64,000 bases of DNA from Octopus sinensis (GCF_006345805.1 NC_043016.1:13206001-13270000), one strand, 5' to 3'. Shown: positions 1-11,299, counted from the first letter of the stretch. Program-made: numbers and translations. The notes: generated by a model not told the origin, from the letters alone.

Positions 1-769
1 TAGAAAGAATTATGCTAATTACACAAACGAACGGGATTTCCTCGAATATAAAAATTAAAAATTCTATTTCAAAATCGAGCGGTTATTCGTCAGTGAAATT
101 TGCTGAAACATTTTCTTGAGAAATTTCAGTCAAATTACGCCATGTTTTTTCTGTTTTAGTCGCCATTTGCTTTCTATACCTCACAATAAAATTCTGCAAA
201 TCATTTCTCTGGTATATATGTAGACATTGTCATCAAATGTACCAGGTAACCAACAGCCATCGCAATCAATATAATAATAAAAATGATAACAATAGAAATA
301 AAGTCTGATTTTGTCAGGTAATAAAAATAAGAATAAAGATTTATTGATTATTTCAACGTGAAGTGAGTTTGGCTGCTAGACATAAAAACAATAATGCAAT
401 TTGTAATTCAGGGGACTGAATGACCGATTCAGTCAACTAGTTCTTATAACCATTATATACTTCCAATTAGGCCCAAAACTTCGGAAAGTATTGGTATTCG
501 CGATCTTCAAAGGTTACAAAACTCAAACCATTCAATTAAAGACAATCCAAGAGTTTTAACATATGGTTCTTTAGTATTTCTCTAAACTTCTTGCTAAGTT
601 AGAGATAATCAATTTACATAATTTTATATATATATATATATTTAGTTTAAACGAAATTTTATTGATGAAATAAATACTTCCAGCGAATGACAAAATATTT
701 TCTCCTTGGAATGAAATAGTTATATTATTTGATGTATATCAATCGTATCCAAACACAACCAACGGTTCT

Positions 770-786
770 TTATAATAATAATAATA

Positions 787-874
<88 letters not shown>

Positions 875-928
875 AAGAAGAAGAAGGAGGAGGAGGAGGA
901 GGAGAAGAAGAAGAAGAAGAAGAAGATA
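770..928. repeat. Compound trinucleotide microsatellite (AAT)n-(AAG)n-(AGG)n
   Basis: Read directly; abuts the 3' end of the Tx1-type element to its right. Confidence 0.97.
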
Positions 929-2222
929 ATGATTTCTTTTATTTACCACCGGGGCGAAGGATGAGAGGGACAATACAAAGACAGACATAAAGTTTGGGGG
1001 TTTAACATATAATGGAATGGTAAAATAAAAAGAGTACTCGCTATACATTAGAAGAAGGGAAGTATACATAGTATATAACACTAGAAAAAAAGTGGTAGTG
1101 ATGGGGTTCCCCTGATGCAGGAGGACTTCTAAGGACAATAAATGAACCTCACCATCCAAGATCACCTTGAATACCAAGGAAGAGAGCCCTCTCCAGCTTC
1201 TTTCTTCCGACTCACAGGTCTACACTGAGAGTGGTACCATCCACCCATGCCAATTTCGCAACTTACACCGCCCCCCACCCTTTCCATAAATTCGCTCGAG
1301 GACAACACCTCCTTCTCCACTCTCACTTTCCTTTTCAAGTGAAACTTGAAAAAGTCGATGAGGGCTTTACCAAAGAGGAATGTCTCTGACCTCATTCCTT
1401 TCAGCCTCGTCTACCAAATAACCGTTTTCGCAACAGCCGCCAGACAAAGGAAAACTACCTTACTTACCCGATTAAAGGAGGGCAATCACCATTATGGACT
1501 CGACTGGTAGATGGATCCGTCCCACACGCGACAGCAGCTGTTCGACATAACTCCACAATTCAGCAATGCCCGGACACTGGACGAGTGCATGCAGAACGGT
1601 TTCGTCACTGCGAGTACCTAGGACAAGCCCATCTGACAGCACATCCGGCAGCGCCCCACCCCGGTAGCATTGCCAGGCCAAAGACACCTGGAAATTACCC
1701 ATAAAGGACCCCGACCGTTCGTCTTCGTCGACGTCTAGGGTCTCCCCGAGGACGCCATCGCACTTACTCGTAACTAATCCTCGGTATACAGCTAAAGTGG
1801 CACATCTCGCCTGACGACAGTCTAAGTGCCAAGTGCCCAGTCTCGGCCTGTCCTTTACCCGGGACTGCAGCTCCGTCAAGAAGACGAGCCGCGGAAAGGC
1901 ATGTCTCACAAACGGAACCTACACGCGTTCACCTAGAAATCGTTGAAGGTGACGCAACCTGAGTGCCATGGCATGCCTACGCCGTCACGTAGAGGGAGTT
2001 GGCAGCAGACTGATCGCCGGGCCATTGGAACGCGTCCGTTCTACAAGAAAATAAACAGGATACGCTCCAATCTAATCAAACACTAACTGGGGAAAGGCAC
2101 AACGGTTAGACGATAAATGATGACCGAGGCGATGTAGGCACTCGCCACTTCTGCCCCACCTTCCAGGGACAACTTCCTCTCTGCTCACTTCAGGGTAAGG
2201 CAGGCCACCCTGTTGGTCCCCT
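929..2222 (-). mobile_element. 5'-truncated, degenerate Tx1/L1-clade non-LTR retrotransposon (ORF2 RT thumb, zf-RVT, 3' UTR)
   Basis: Minus-strand translation gives LSLEGGAEVASAYIASVIIYRLTVVP...GRVPMARRSVCCQLP and LAWQCYRGGALP...SDETVLHALVQCPGIAELW, then FFKFHLKRKVRVEKEVLSS; ends AAATAAAAGAAATCATTA into an ATT/CTT tail; has stops and frameshifts. Confidence 0.85.
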
Positions 2223-2269
2223 CTTCCCAATTCTTATCCACCTAATGATGATGATGATGATGATGATAA

Positions 2270-3068
2270 ACACTACAGAAAGAGACCGAGAGCACTATAC
2301 TGGCGAAGCAAGACCAAGCTTTGGCCAAGAACTGGAAAGTCAACCTTAGGAATGAGCAAGTGTCTCCGCTGTGCCGCATCTGCAACAGAGTAAATAAAAC
2401 CATTGCCCATATCACGACCGAATGCCCTAGACTTTCCCAAAAACCACTACAAGTTGTGGCGACACGATAAGGTAGCGAAAGTGTTACATTGGAAACTGTG
2501 CAAAAAGTAGGGGCTAGAAAGAGGCAAGATGTGGTATGAGCATAAACCACAGAGAGTGGCAGAGACTAGTAAAATCCTCTGGGATTTACCAATCGAAACA
2601 GATCAGGTGTTAGAGCATAACAGACCGGACCTAGTGGTGGTGGACAAGGTGCACCACATATACTATATAATTGGTGTTGCATGCCCCTTTGTCCCACGAA
2701 TAGTCAAGCAAGAAGGCGAAAATATAGATACAACGCTCTTAAGTACGGATTAGCCCGGATATGGAAAGTGAAGAAAGTGAAGATAGTGCCAATTATTGTT
2801 GGGTTCTTGGGAACAGTATCAGAAGGCATCAAAGAGAATGTAAAGGAAATTGGAATAGTGTGCCCAGTAGAACTATAGCAAGAGGTTTGCCTTCTTCGTA
2901 CGGCTAGAATAATCAGGAAAGTATTAGATAGCTGAAAAGAACGAATACCATGGAACCGTAGGCTGCAGGGAGTAAGCCCGCTATGCATGCAAGGCTCCAG
3001 GAGTTCCAACAAAATCTGTGATAAAGAGACAATAATAACGATAATAATATAGGATACTGTGTGATGTC
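2270..3068 (+). mobile_element. 5'-truncated R4/Dong-type RLE non-LTR retrotransposon (CCHC knuckle plus restriction-like endonuclease)
   Basis: Translation shows CRICNRVNKTIAHITTEC, RHDKVAKVLHW, HNRPDLVVVDK and VPIIVGFLGTV...RIIRKVLDS*; 3' UTR ends in an (AAT)n tract. Confidence 0.88.
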
Positions 3069-3105
3069 TTGAGAAATAATAACAATGATAACAACAACAA
3101 CAACA

Positions 3106-3192
<87 letters not shown>
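3069..3192. repeat. (AAC/AAT)n microsatellite shared as tail by two convergent retroelements
   Basis: Read directly. Confidence 0.95.
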
Positions 3193-3193
<1 letters not shown>

Positions 3194-3265
3194 TTCTTTT
3201 ATTTGCCACCAGGACGGAGGGGGACAATACAAAGACAGACATAAAATGTGGGAATGGTAAAAAAG
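3193..3265 (-). mobile_element. ~75-bp 3'-end stub of the Tx1-type element
   Basis: TTTCTTTTATTTGCCACC...GGGACAATACAAAGACAGACATAAA matches 933-1025 in the same orientation. Confidence 0.75.
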
Positions 3266-3279
3266 CAAAATATAGGATC

Positions 3280-4430
3280 GGTGGACGTTCCACTTTAGCT
3301 ATATAGAGAGGATTAGTAGCGAGGAAGTGCGGAGGCATCCTCATGGAGATCCTGGGCGCCAACGAAAACTAGTCTGTTCCGGAGGACTTTCCGGTCGGGG
3401 ACTACTATGGTTAATTTCCAGATGTCTTTGACCTGGCAGCACTATCGGTTCGAGATAAAACTCTACGGATACGGATATCCTGTCAGATGAGCTTGTCCGA
3501 GGTGCGCGCAGAGCGATGAAACCGTTCTGCGTGCACTCGTTCAGTGTCTTCTGAGTTTTGCTAACTTGTGGAGTTATGTCGTCGATCAGCTGCTATTGTG
3601 TGTAGGAGAGATCCATCTGTCGATCGAGTCCGTAGAGTCGATTGCCCCTCTGGCCTCCTTTAGTCGGGCAGGCAAGGCAGTTTTCCTTTGCCTGGTGGCT
3701 GTGGCGAAAGAGGTTGTCTGATGGACAAGTCTGAAAGGAACGCGGACTGAGACATTCCTCTTTAGAATATCCTTCACCGACTTTTGCAAGTTTCACTTGA
3801 AATGGAAAGTGAAGGTGGAGAGGGAGAAGCTGTCCTCGGATGAATTTATAAAAAAAGGTGGGTGAAAGTTGTGAAAATGGCAAGAGTGGGTGGTACCGCT
3901 CTATGTTTAGACCGGTGAGTCGGAGGAAAGGAGTTGGAGAGGGACTTGTCCTTGGTATTCAAGGAAATCTTGGATGGTGGGCTTCTTCGATTAACCCTAG
4001 AGGTCCTCCTGGATCAGAAGGACCCCCCCCACCATCAATATCATTTTTCCCCCTTACTGTCATATAATATGTATACTTATTTCTTTACTACCCACAAGGG
4101 GCTAAACACTGACGGGACAAACAAGGACAGACAACCGGATTAAGTCTATTACATCGACCCCAGTGCGTAACTGGTACTTAATTTATCGACCCCGAAAGGA
4201 TGAAAGGCAAAGTCGACCTCGGCGGAATTTGAACTCAGAACGTAACGGCAGACGAAATACGGCTACGCATTTCGCCCGGCGTGCTAACGATTCTGCCAGC
4301 TACCGTGTATACTTTTCTCTTTTTTTCTTTTAATCATTTCATTATTATATGTAAACCCCTATATTTTATGTCTGTCTTTCTATTGTCCCCTCATCCTTCG
4401 CTCTGCTGACAAATAAAAGAAATCATTATT
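3280..4430 (+). mobile_element. Second diverged Tx1-type 3' region (zf-RVT to 3' end), interrupted by a SINE
   Basis: Collinear reverse complement of 930-1810 (CCACTTTAGCT..., SDETVLRALVQC, FHLKWKVKVEREKLSSDEF); ends AAATAAAAGAAATCATTATTAT. Confidence 0.85.
4079..4305 (-). mobile_element. tRNA-derived SINE family A, near full length, with 9-bp TSD
   Basis: B-box-like GTTCTGAGTTCAAATTCC and core GCCTTTCATCCTTTCGGGGTCGATAAATTAAGTACCAG on the minus strand; TGTATACTT duplicated at 4070-4078 and 4306-4314. Confidence 0.93.
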
Positions 4431-4431
4431 A

Positions 4432-4600
4432 TAAGCTGGCAGAGTCGTTAGAGCGCCGGGCAAAATGTATTAGCAGTATCTCGTCTGTCTTCGTGTTCTG
4501 AGTTCAAATTCCGCCGAGGTCGACTTTATCTTTCATCCTTTCGGGGTCGATGAATTAAGTACAAGTCAAATACTGGAGTCAATGTGATCGACTATACTCC
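4432..4600 (+). mobile_element. SINE family A, 3'-truncated
   Basis: AGCTGGCAGAGTCGTTAG...GTTCTGAGTTCAAATTCCGCCGAGGTCGAC... Confidence 0.85.
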
Positions 4601-4604
4601 TCGG

Positions 4605-4657
<53 letters not shown>

Positions 4658-4683
4658 CCATCACCACCACCACCACCACCACC

Positions 4684-4730
<47 letters not shown>

Positions 4731-4745
4731 TATTATTATTATTAT
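4605..4745. repeat. (ATC)n-(ACC)n-(ATT)n microsatellite
   Basis: Read directly. Confidence 0.95.
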
Positions 4746-5320
4746 TGAGTGAGAGAGCAGACCATGGCATCAAAGTGATACTGGGGTAAAATATACGAAG
4801 CCGAGCATACCCACCATGACTACCTGTCTGATTAGGGTACATTAGGTACATGCATCACAACCATATGTGTGCGACATGGTGATCTCACATCAAGATAAAC
4901 AGTGCATGACCTTGCAAGTAGGGCCCAGTTAGAATTTCCTTCTGGTCGAGTAGACCGTCCCGCTCAAAAGGTCCCTGAATAAAGGTTGTTTAAGGATGTT
5001 GAACGAACCACCCATGTTTCCAAAGGTGAATTATTCCAACCCCAAAGAATCCCTCTCAACACACAACTATGATGCTCCCCCACTACTTCTGCTTGTGGTC
5101 TGAGATGCACATGTCGTCAGCCACTAAGGGACATGGTCAACTGGTCAGTTGTTTAACCTGGTTAAGGTCAAACAACTGACAAGCAAATCTGTGGTATTGA
5201 GCAGAATATTTGCTGTAGCCCATCTTTTATACAAAGACAAAACAATGTACATGATAACACTTCCAATCAGTTAAGATCAGAAGCCACGAGAGCCACTGCC
5301 TTGTACTGCATCAGGGCATT
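4746..5320 (-). mobile_element. ~570-bp non-coding interspersed element (family D) with (AAT)n tail
   Basis: Reverse-complement match to 23200-23770 and 41410-41845. Confidence 0.85.
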
Positions 5321-5489
<169 letters not shown>

Positions 5490-6027
5490 GGTGCTGAACA
5501 TTACTCATGCGTTTCCCAATGCCAAATAACTAATATAGGAATTATATTGTTTACGTTTACTGTCTTTCGTTCAATTGAATATCATCAGGAATTAGCGATA
5601 TTTTTTTTTTTCGCTCTTTGTGTCTGATGTACATAAACGATGCGTGTGACCGTGTCTGCATGTCATTTTCACTTGCTTCTTACTTTCTTCCATTTACATT
5701 ACAATGTCGTTGATTGAATAAATAAGTAAGTAACTAAATGTGTAAATAAATAAATGAATAAATAAATAAATAAATATATAAATATGTAAATAAGTAAATA
5801 CGTAAATAAATAAACTAGTTATTCAATGTTAATCTCTGCTTGCATCACGCGTCCTGAGCAGCCACCGATAACATACGCTTCGTGTGTATGCGTGAGTGTG
5901 TGTGTGTGTGTGTGAGAGAGAAAGGGGGGGGGAGAAAGACAGATAAAGAGAGAAACAAACCATTACTACATCGCAAGGATAGTACTGAGGATTATTTTGT
6001 GAGTCAACCTCTACCCTATATTTGTAT

Positions 6028-6390
<363 letters not shown>

Positions 6391-6854
6391 ACAAGTGATA
6401 GCTGCAAGACTCGTTTAAATGTAGGAACGAAATATTTGACTCTTCCATTAAAAATGAAATATTCATTGAAAGAAGAGTTGTGAGGTTAATGAGTTCCTCC
6501 CAGATAGAATAGAGAGAAATAAAACAAAGCTCTTAGAACTGGAAGTGAAACTGAGTAACGGACACGATCAGTTTATGCATCTTACGGCAACATCACAGGC
6601 TCTTTTCTCAAATGCATTTGTGATATGAGTTTTCTTGACTGGCTTAACATGGAATTGATCTGACTTTGTTAGATATACCCGGGATGGCCAATTCGTTGCT
6701 GTTGTTACTTTTTTAAAAATTCAGTTTGGTAAGTCTGGGACCTATAAACTTCATAATCAATTTGTTAGGTTCCTATTTGGTTAAACATAAGTAGTTTGTA
6801 ATTTGATGAGATGTACCGTGGTTTGAGTGACCAAGGTGTCTTAAAATAATATAA

Positions 6855-6935
6855 ATGCGGGATCTTTTCATTTTGAAGGCCAGATTTTCCTAGTTAACTA
6901 AAAAATTTGAAACTTCGTATACTGGTAGAATGCGC
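6855..6935. mobile_element. Terminal fragment of the fold-back MITE family seen whole at 47939-48748
   Basis: GGATCTTTTC...CTAGTTAACTAAAAAATTTGAAACTTCGTATACTGGTAGAATG matches that element's end. Confidence 0.7.
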
Positions 6936-7180
6936 CCTTTTAAAGCCTAGCTAGGCTCATGAGCCCTGTTTCCCGGTTTCTATGGCTTATGTGCTCCCCA
7001 GCTGGACGGGATGCCAGAGCATCGCAGCGTTACTCATTTTTGCCAGCTGAGTGGACTGGAGCAACGTGAAATGAAGTGTTTTACTCAAGAACACAACGCG
7101 TCTCCCGGTCCAGGAATCGAAACCACAATCTTACGATCATGATGTTGACATCCTAACCACTAAGCCACGCGCCTCCACAC
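6935..7180 (-). mobile_element. tRNA-derived SINE family E
   Basis: Minus strand GTGGAGGCGCGTGGCTTAGTGGTTAGG (A box), GGTTTCGATTCC (B box) and core GTTGCTCCAGTCCACTCAGCTGGCAAAAATGAGTA; relatives at 46.2, 46.55, 52.6 and 57.2 kb. Confidence 0.85.
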
Positions 7181-7477
7181 TAAGATGCCTTGCTCGGATC
7201 ATTTTGTTTTCTGCACTCCACAATGCATAATTGCAGCTGCCTTCCTCTCCGTTGAGCCTTAAAAGGTTTCTTCTGCAGAATCCACCAGACCAAGTCTCCT
7301 CATGCATAGATAAACAAGCGCCAATATGCTAATTAACCCGTAACTGGGACCCTGACAAATGTTTACGACTCTGGGTCAGAAAAGACATAGGAACAATGAT
7401 CACGAATTGGTTAGACTCTCCTCAAAACACTGGAACTCACTAACAGATGCAGTCTAAAGTCATACACAGAACGTAGA

Positions 7478-7648
7478 GTGAGAGAGAGAGACAGACAGAC
7501 AGACAGACGGACAGACAGAGAGAGAGAGACAGCGAAAGAGAGAGAGAGAGGGAGAGAGAGAGAAAGAGGGGAAAGAAAGATAGATAGATACATACATACA
7601 TACATACATGCGTACGTACGTACATACACACACACATACATACATACA

Positions 7649-7715
<67 letters not shown>

Positions 7716-7728
7716 CATACATACAATA

Positions 7729-7771
<43 letters not shown>

Positions 7772-7774
7772 CAT

Positions 7775-7807
<33 letters not shown>
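7478..7807. repeat. Compound (GA)n/(GACA)n/(TACA)n/(TA)n microsatellite
   Basis: Read directly. Confidence 0.95.
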
Positions 7808-7809
<2 letters not shown>

Positions 7810-7992
7810 CGCAGGAGAGGCTGTGTAGTATAAAAGCTTGCTTCCCAACCACATGGTTCTGGGTTCAGTTCCACTGAGTGGCACCTTGGGTGTCTTCTAC
7901 TATAGCCTTGGGCCAACCTCAACCTTGTGAGTGGATTTGGTCGACGGAATCTGAAAGAAGCCTGTTGTGTGTGTGTGGGTGTGTGTGTGTGT

Positions 7993-8033
<41 letters not shown>

Positions 8034-8255
8034 CGCGTGTTTGTTTGTGTGTCTGTGTTTGCCCCCATCATCACTTGACAACCAATGTTGGTGTGTTTAC
8101 ATCACCGTAAGGTAGAGGTTCGGCAAAAGACTCTGATAGAATAAGTACTGGGCTTACAAAAAGAATAAGTCCCGGGGTCGAGTTGCTCGACTAAAGGCGG
8201 TGTTCCAGCATGGCCGCAGTCAAATGACTGAAACAAATAAAAGAATAAAAGAAAA
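7808..8255 (+). mobile_element. tRNA-derived SINE family B, full length, internal (GT)n
   Basis: GGCGCAGGAG.GGCTGTG head, GGTTCAGTTCC B box, 3' ...CCAGCATGGCCGCAGTCAAATGACTGAAACAA(A/G)TAAAAGA tail; about 20 copies in the window. Confidence 0.92.
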
Positions 8256-8265
8256 AATATATATA

Positions 8266-8612
8266 CTCTTTTACTCTTTTACTCTTTTACTTGTTTCAGT
8301 CCTTTGACTGCGGCCATGCTGGAGCACCGCCTTTTGTCGAGCAACTCGACCCCGGGACTTATTCTTTTTGTAAGCCCAGTACTTATTCTATCAGAGTCTT
8401 TTGCCGAACCTCTACCTTACGCCTTTTGTCGAGCAACTCGACCCCGGGACTTATTCTTTTTGTAAGCCCAGTACTTATTCTATCGGTCTCTTTTTGCCGA
8501 ACCGCTAAGTGACGGGGACGTAAACACACCAGCATCGGTTGTCAAACAATGCTAGGGGAACAAACACAGACACACAAACACACACACATACATATATACG
8601 ACGGGCTTCTTT
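8266..8612 (-). mobile_element. SINE family B, head missing, with a 92-bp internal tandem duplication
   Basis: (CTCTTTTA)n tail then CTTGTTTCAGTC.TTTGACTGCGGCCATGCTGG; unit at 8329-8420 is repeated from 8421. Confidence 0.9.
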
Positions 8613-8657
8613 ATATAAATTTTTTTCGTAATGAGATAAAAAACCAAGGCCGGTGAC

Positions 8658-8709
8658 GTCTCCGATGAAGGGATATAATAAATAAATATCCCGGAAACAG
8701 CTGTAAGAC
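8658..8709 (+). ncRNA. Minimal type-I hammerhead ribozyme motif (U4C variant) in a Penelope-like repeat
   Basis: GTCT-CCGATGA-A-GGGATAT(loop)ATATCCC-G-GAAAC-AGCT-GTA-AGAC; same family as 63884-63930. Confidence 0.7.
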
Positions 8710-8943
8710 CTTCTATCTATAAATGCCCTAATATCTATACAGCCTTGGTTTTTTTATCTCTTTACGAAAAAACTTTTTATATACACACACTGACGTATGA
8801 CCAACGCTGAACCCTTTATTCGCTTAATCACCGCACCTGGAACTTAGCTACTGTCTATCTATAGCACTTATTCAGCAATGACACCATTACCTCTCATAAC
8901 CTATACACACACACACACACACACATATATACACACACACATT

Positions 8944-8975
<32 letters not shown>

Positions 8976-9447
8976 CAAACACACACACAAACACACATTC
9001 ACACACACACACAGACACAAACACACACACAAACACACACACACATATATGTTTATATATATCATGTTGAACCGTTAACCCCCTCACATCTTTCTCTTTC
9101 CGTTTCTTTTGTTTTTCCTTTCACCACCACCACCACCACCACCACCGCCACCGCAACCGCCGTCGCCACCACCACCGCCGCCGTCGCCACCACAGCTGCC
9201 ACCATCCTGTTTCTCCAAATTCTAACCGGAAATTCTAGATCCTTAAACTCTAAATTATGAACTTATATATTTATAGATTTAATGATGAAAGCTAGGACAC
9301 TTTTGATCAAAGTCGGGCGTTTACACTCCAGTAAACAGATACACACGTGCACACACACATACACACACACACCAGATATACGTGTATATATATATGTACA
9401 TATACATGTATATATATATATGTACATATATATATATATATATATAC

Positions 9448-9531
<84 letters not shown>

Positions 9532-9635
9532 GTATATAGTTAATCCAAACGTGAAAACACAAGAGAAAACACAACAACGCGAGGACGTGTAAAAAATATA
9601 GTATTATTGGATGCTCAGGAAGGAAGGGAAGGAGG

Positions 9636-9670
9636 GTTTAACGTTTCGAGCGGAGCTCTTCGTCAGAAAC
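9636..9670 (-). ncRNA. Minimal type-I hammerhead ribozyme motif
   Basis: Minus strand GTTT-CTGACGA-A-GAGC-TCC-GCTC-GAAACGTT-AAAC; palindromic ACGT stem III; lies in a ~190-bp repeat (9540-9725) also present at 57880-58090. Confidence 0.75.
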
Positions 9671-9781
9671 ATAGGAAAAGGAAAGATCCAGAGAAGGGAA
9701 GACAGAGGAAAAAAAATCGCCATATATATGGGGGAAAAAGTCAAGGTAAAAAATGCTAAAATAATTTTATAAAAAACATTT

Positions 9782-9817
9782 CAGTACCGGTTTCAGTCAT
9801 TGAGACTTTTTCAACTG
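9782..9817 (-). ncRNA. Hammerhead motif with U3-A8 covariant core (left arm)
   Basis: Reverse complement identical to 10865-10900. Confidence 0.6.
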
Positions 9818-10641
9818 TAAGTATGGAAAACAATTAAATTTTGGAAAAATTAAAAGAAAAGTTGTTTTTAAAGAATATTTACATAGTGTTCAAATACAAG
9901 GGGCTTTTTCCTTGTTTCTGCCTGTTTCTGTCTCTCTTGTTTACTCTTGTGGGTTCGAGGTCGTTGTGAATTCTTGGTAGGGAAGAAAAGAGAGAAAAGA
10001 AGGAATGCAGGTAGTATGATAGTAGTAAGGTGTTAAATGGTCAGGTGACCTAAAAGTGACTCGTTATGGATTATAGCAGTGATTGGGACTGTTTTTTAAT
10101 GAATTCTTGGGAATCTCTTGAGAGTATAATTTTTAATATTTGTGTGTGTGTTTGTGTTATTCTAAGACCGTGGTGGATACAGATCCCAGATCAAAATTCC
10201 TCAAAACAGATAAATAGCATTCAGCCAACACATAGACATTTGCGCCAATAACAAAGATTCAAGCTTCAGAATTTTCCCCCTCTACCAATTCATGGACGAT
10301 ATAACCTGTAGCCAACAAATTAGTAAGGAGACTCTCTTTATTACAAAATACTGACCCCATTTGAACGCGTCTACAACAAACGACATATCCACCACGGCCT
10401 TAGAATAACACAAATACACACACAAATATTTAAAATGATACACTCAAGAGATTCCCAAGAATTCATTAAAAGACAGACCCAATCACTGTGATAATCCATA
10501 ACGAGTCACTTTTAGGTCACTTGACCATTTAACATCTTACTACCTACATTCCTTCTTTTCTCCCTTCTCTTTTTTTCTTCTCCCTTCTTTCTTTTCTTCT
10601 TCTTCTTCTTCTTCTTTTCTTTCTTCTTCTTCTTCTTCTTC

Positions 10642-10672
<31 letters not shown>

Positions 10673-10864
10673 CCTCCTCCTCCTCCTCCTCCTCCTCCTT
10701 CTTCTTCTTCTTCTTCTTCTTCCCTACCTCGAACCTACAAGAGTAAACAAGAGACAGAAACAGGCAGGAACAAGGAAAATGCCACTTGTATTTGAACACT
10801 ATGCAATATTCTTTTAAAAAACTTTTCTCTTAATTTTCCCAAATTTAATTGTTTTCCATACTTA

Positions 10865-10900
10865 CAGTTGAAAAAGTCTCAATGACTGAAACCGGTACTG
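10865..10900 (+). ncRNA. Hammerhead motif with U3-A8 covariant core (right arm)
   Basis: CAG-TTGAAAA-AGTC-TCAAT-GACT-GAAA-CCGG-TA-CTG. Confidence 0.6.
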
Positions 10901-10976
10901 AAATGTTTTTTAAAAAATTATTTTAGCATTTTGACCTTTTTCCATATATATCAACTCGTGTGTTCGTTTTCAACCT

Positions 10977-11039
<63 letters not shown>

Positions 11040-11299
11040 GTATATATGCTTTTATCCTTCGAAACGTAGAGTAGATGAAAGCTTTAGCGACTGAAGAAGG
11101 GGTTTTTCCTTGTGTTAATTGTCCTGTATTCTATTTGTTTGCTGTTTTTAAATAAATGTCCAGTTCCTTTGGTTTGTGTCTATGTTTTCGTTTCTCATTG
11201 TGTTCGACGTCCTTTTTGGTGTCCTGTACTCATATATGCGCGTATATGTACATGTAGAGATAGGTACGTACATATATGTTTATCTATCTATCTATATAC

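Larger units (their letters stand above)
9742..10940 (+). mobile_element. Penelope-like element remnant forming a long inverted repeat (arms ~9742-10178 and ~10386-10940)
   Basis: Arms are reverse complements apart from a microsatellite expansion at 10560-10722; the spacer translates HLRQ*QRFKLQNFP...SKETLFITKY*PHLN, like a GIY-YIG C-terminus. Confidence 0.8.

Noticed and set aside
7808-7900. tRNA genes at SINE heads
   Set aside because: A/B boxes are present, but there is no closed cloverleaf and each continues into a multi-copy SINE body
11050-11110. Circularly permuted (type II) hammerhead CCTTCGAAACGTA...CTGAAGAAGGGG
   Set aside because: Stem I cannot pair between the putative cleavage site and CUGA
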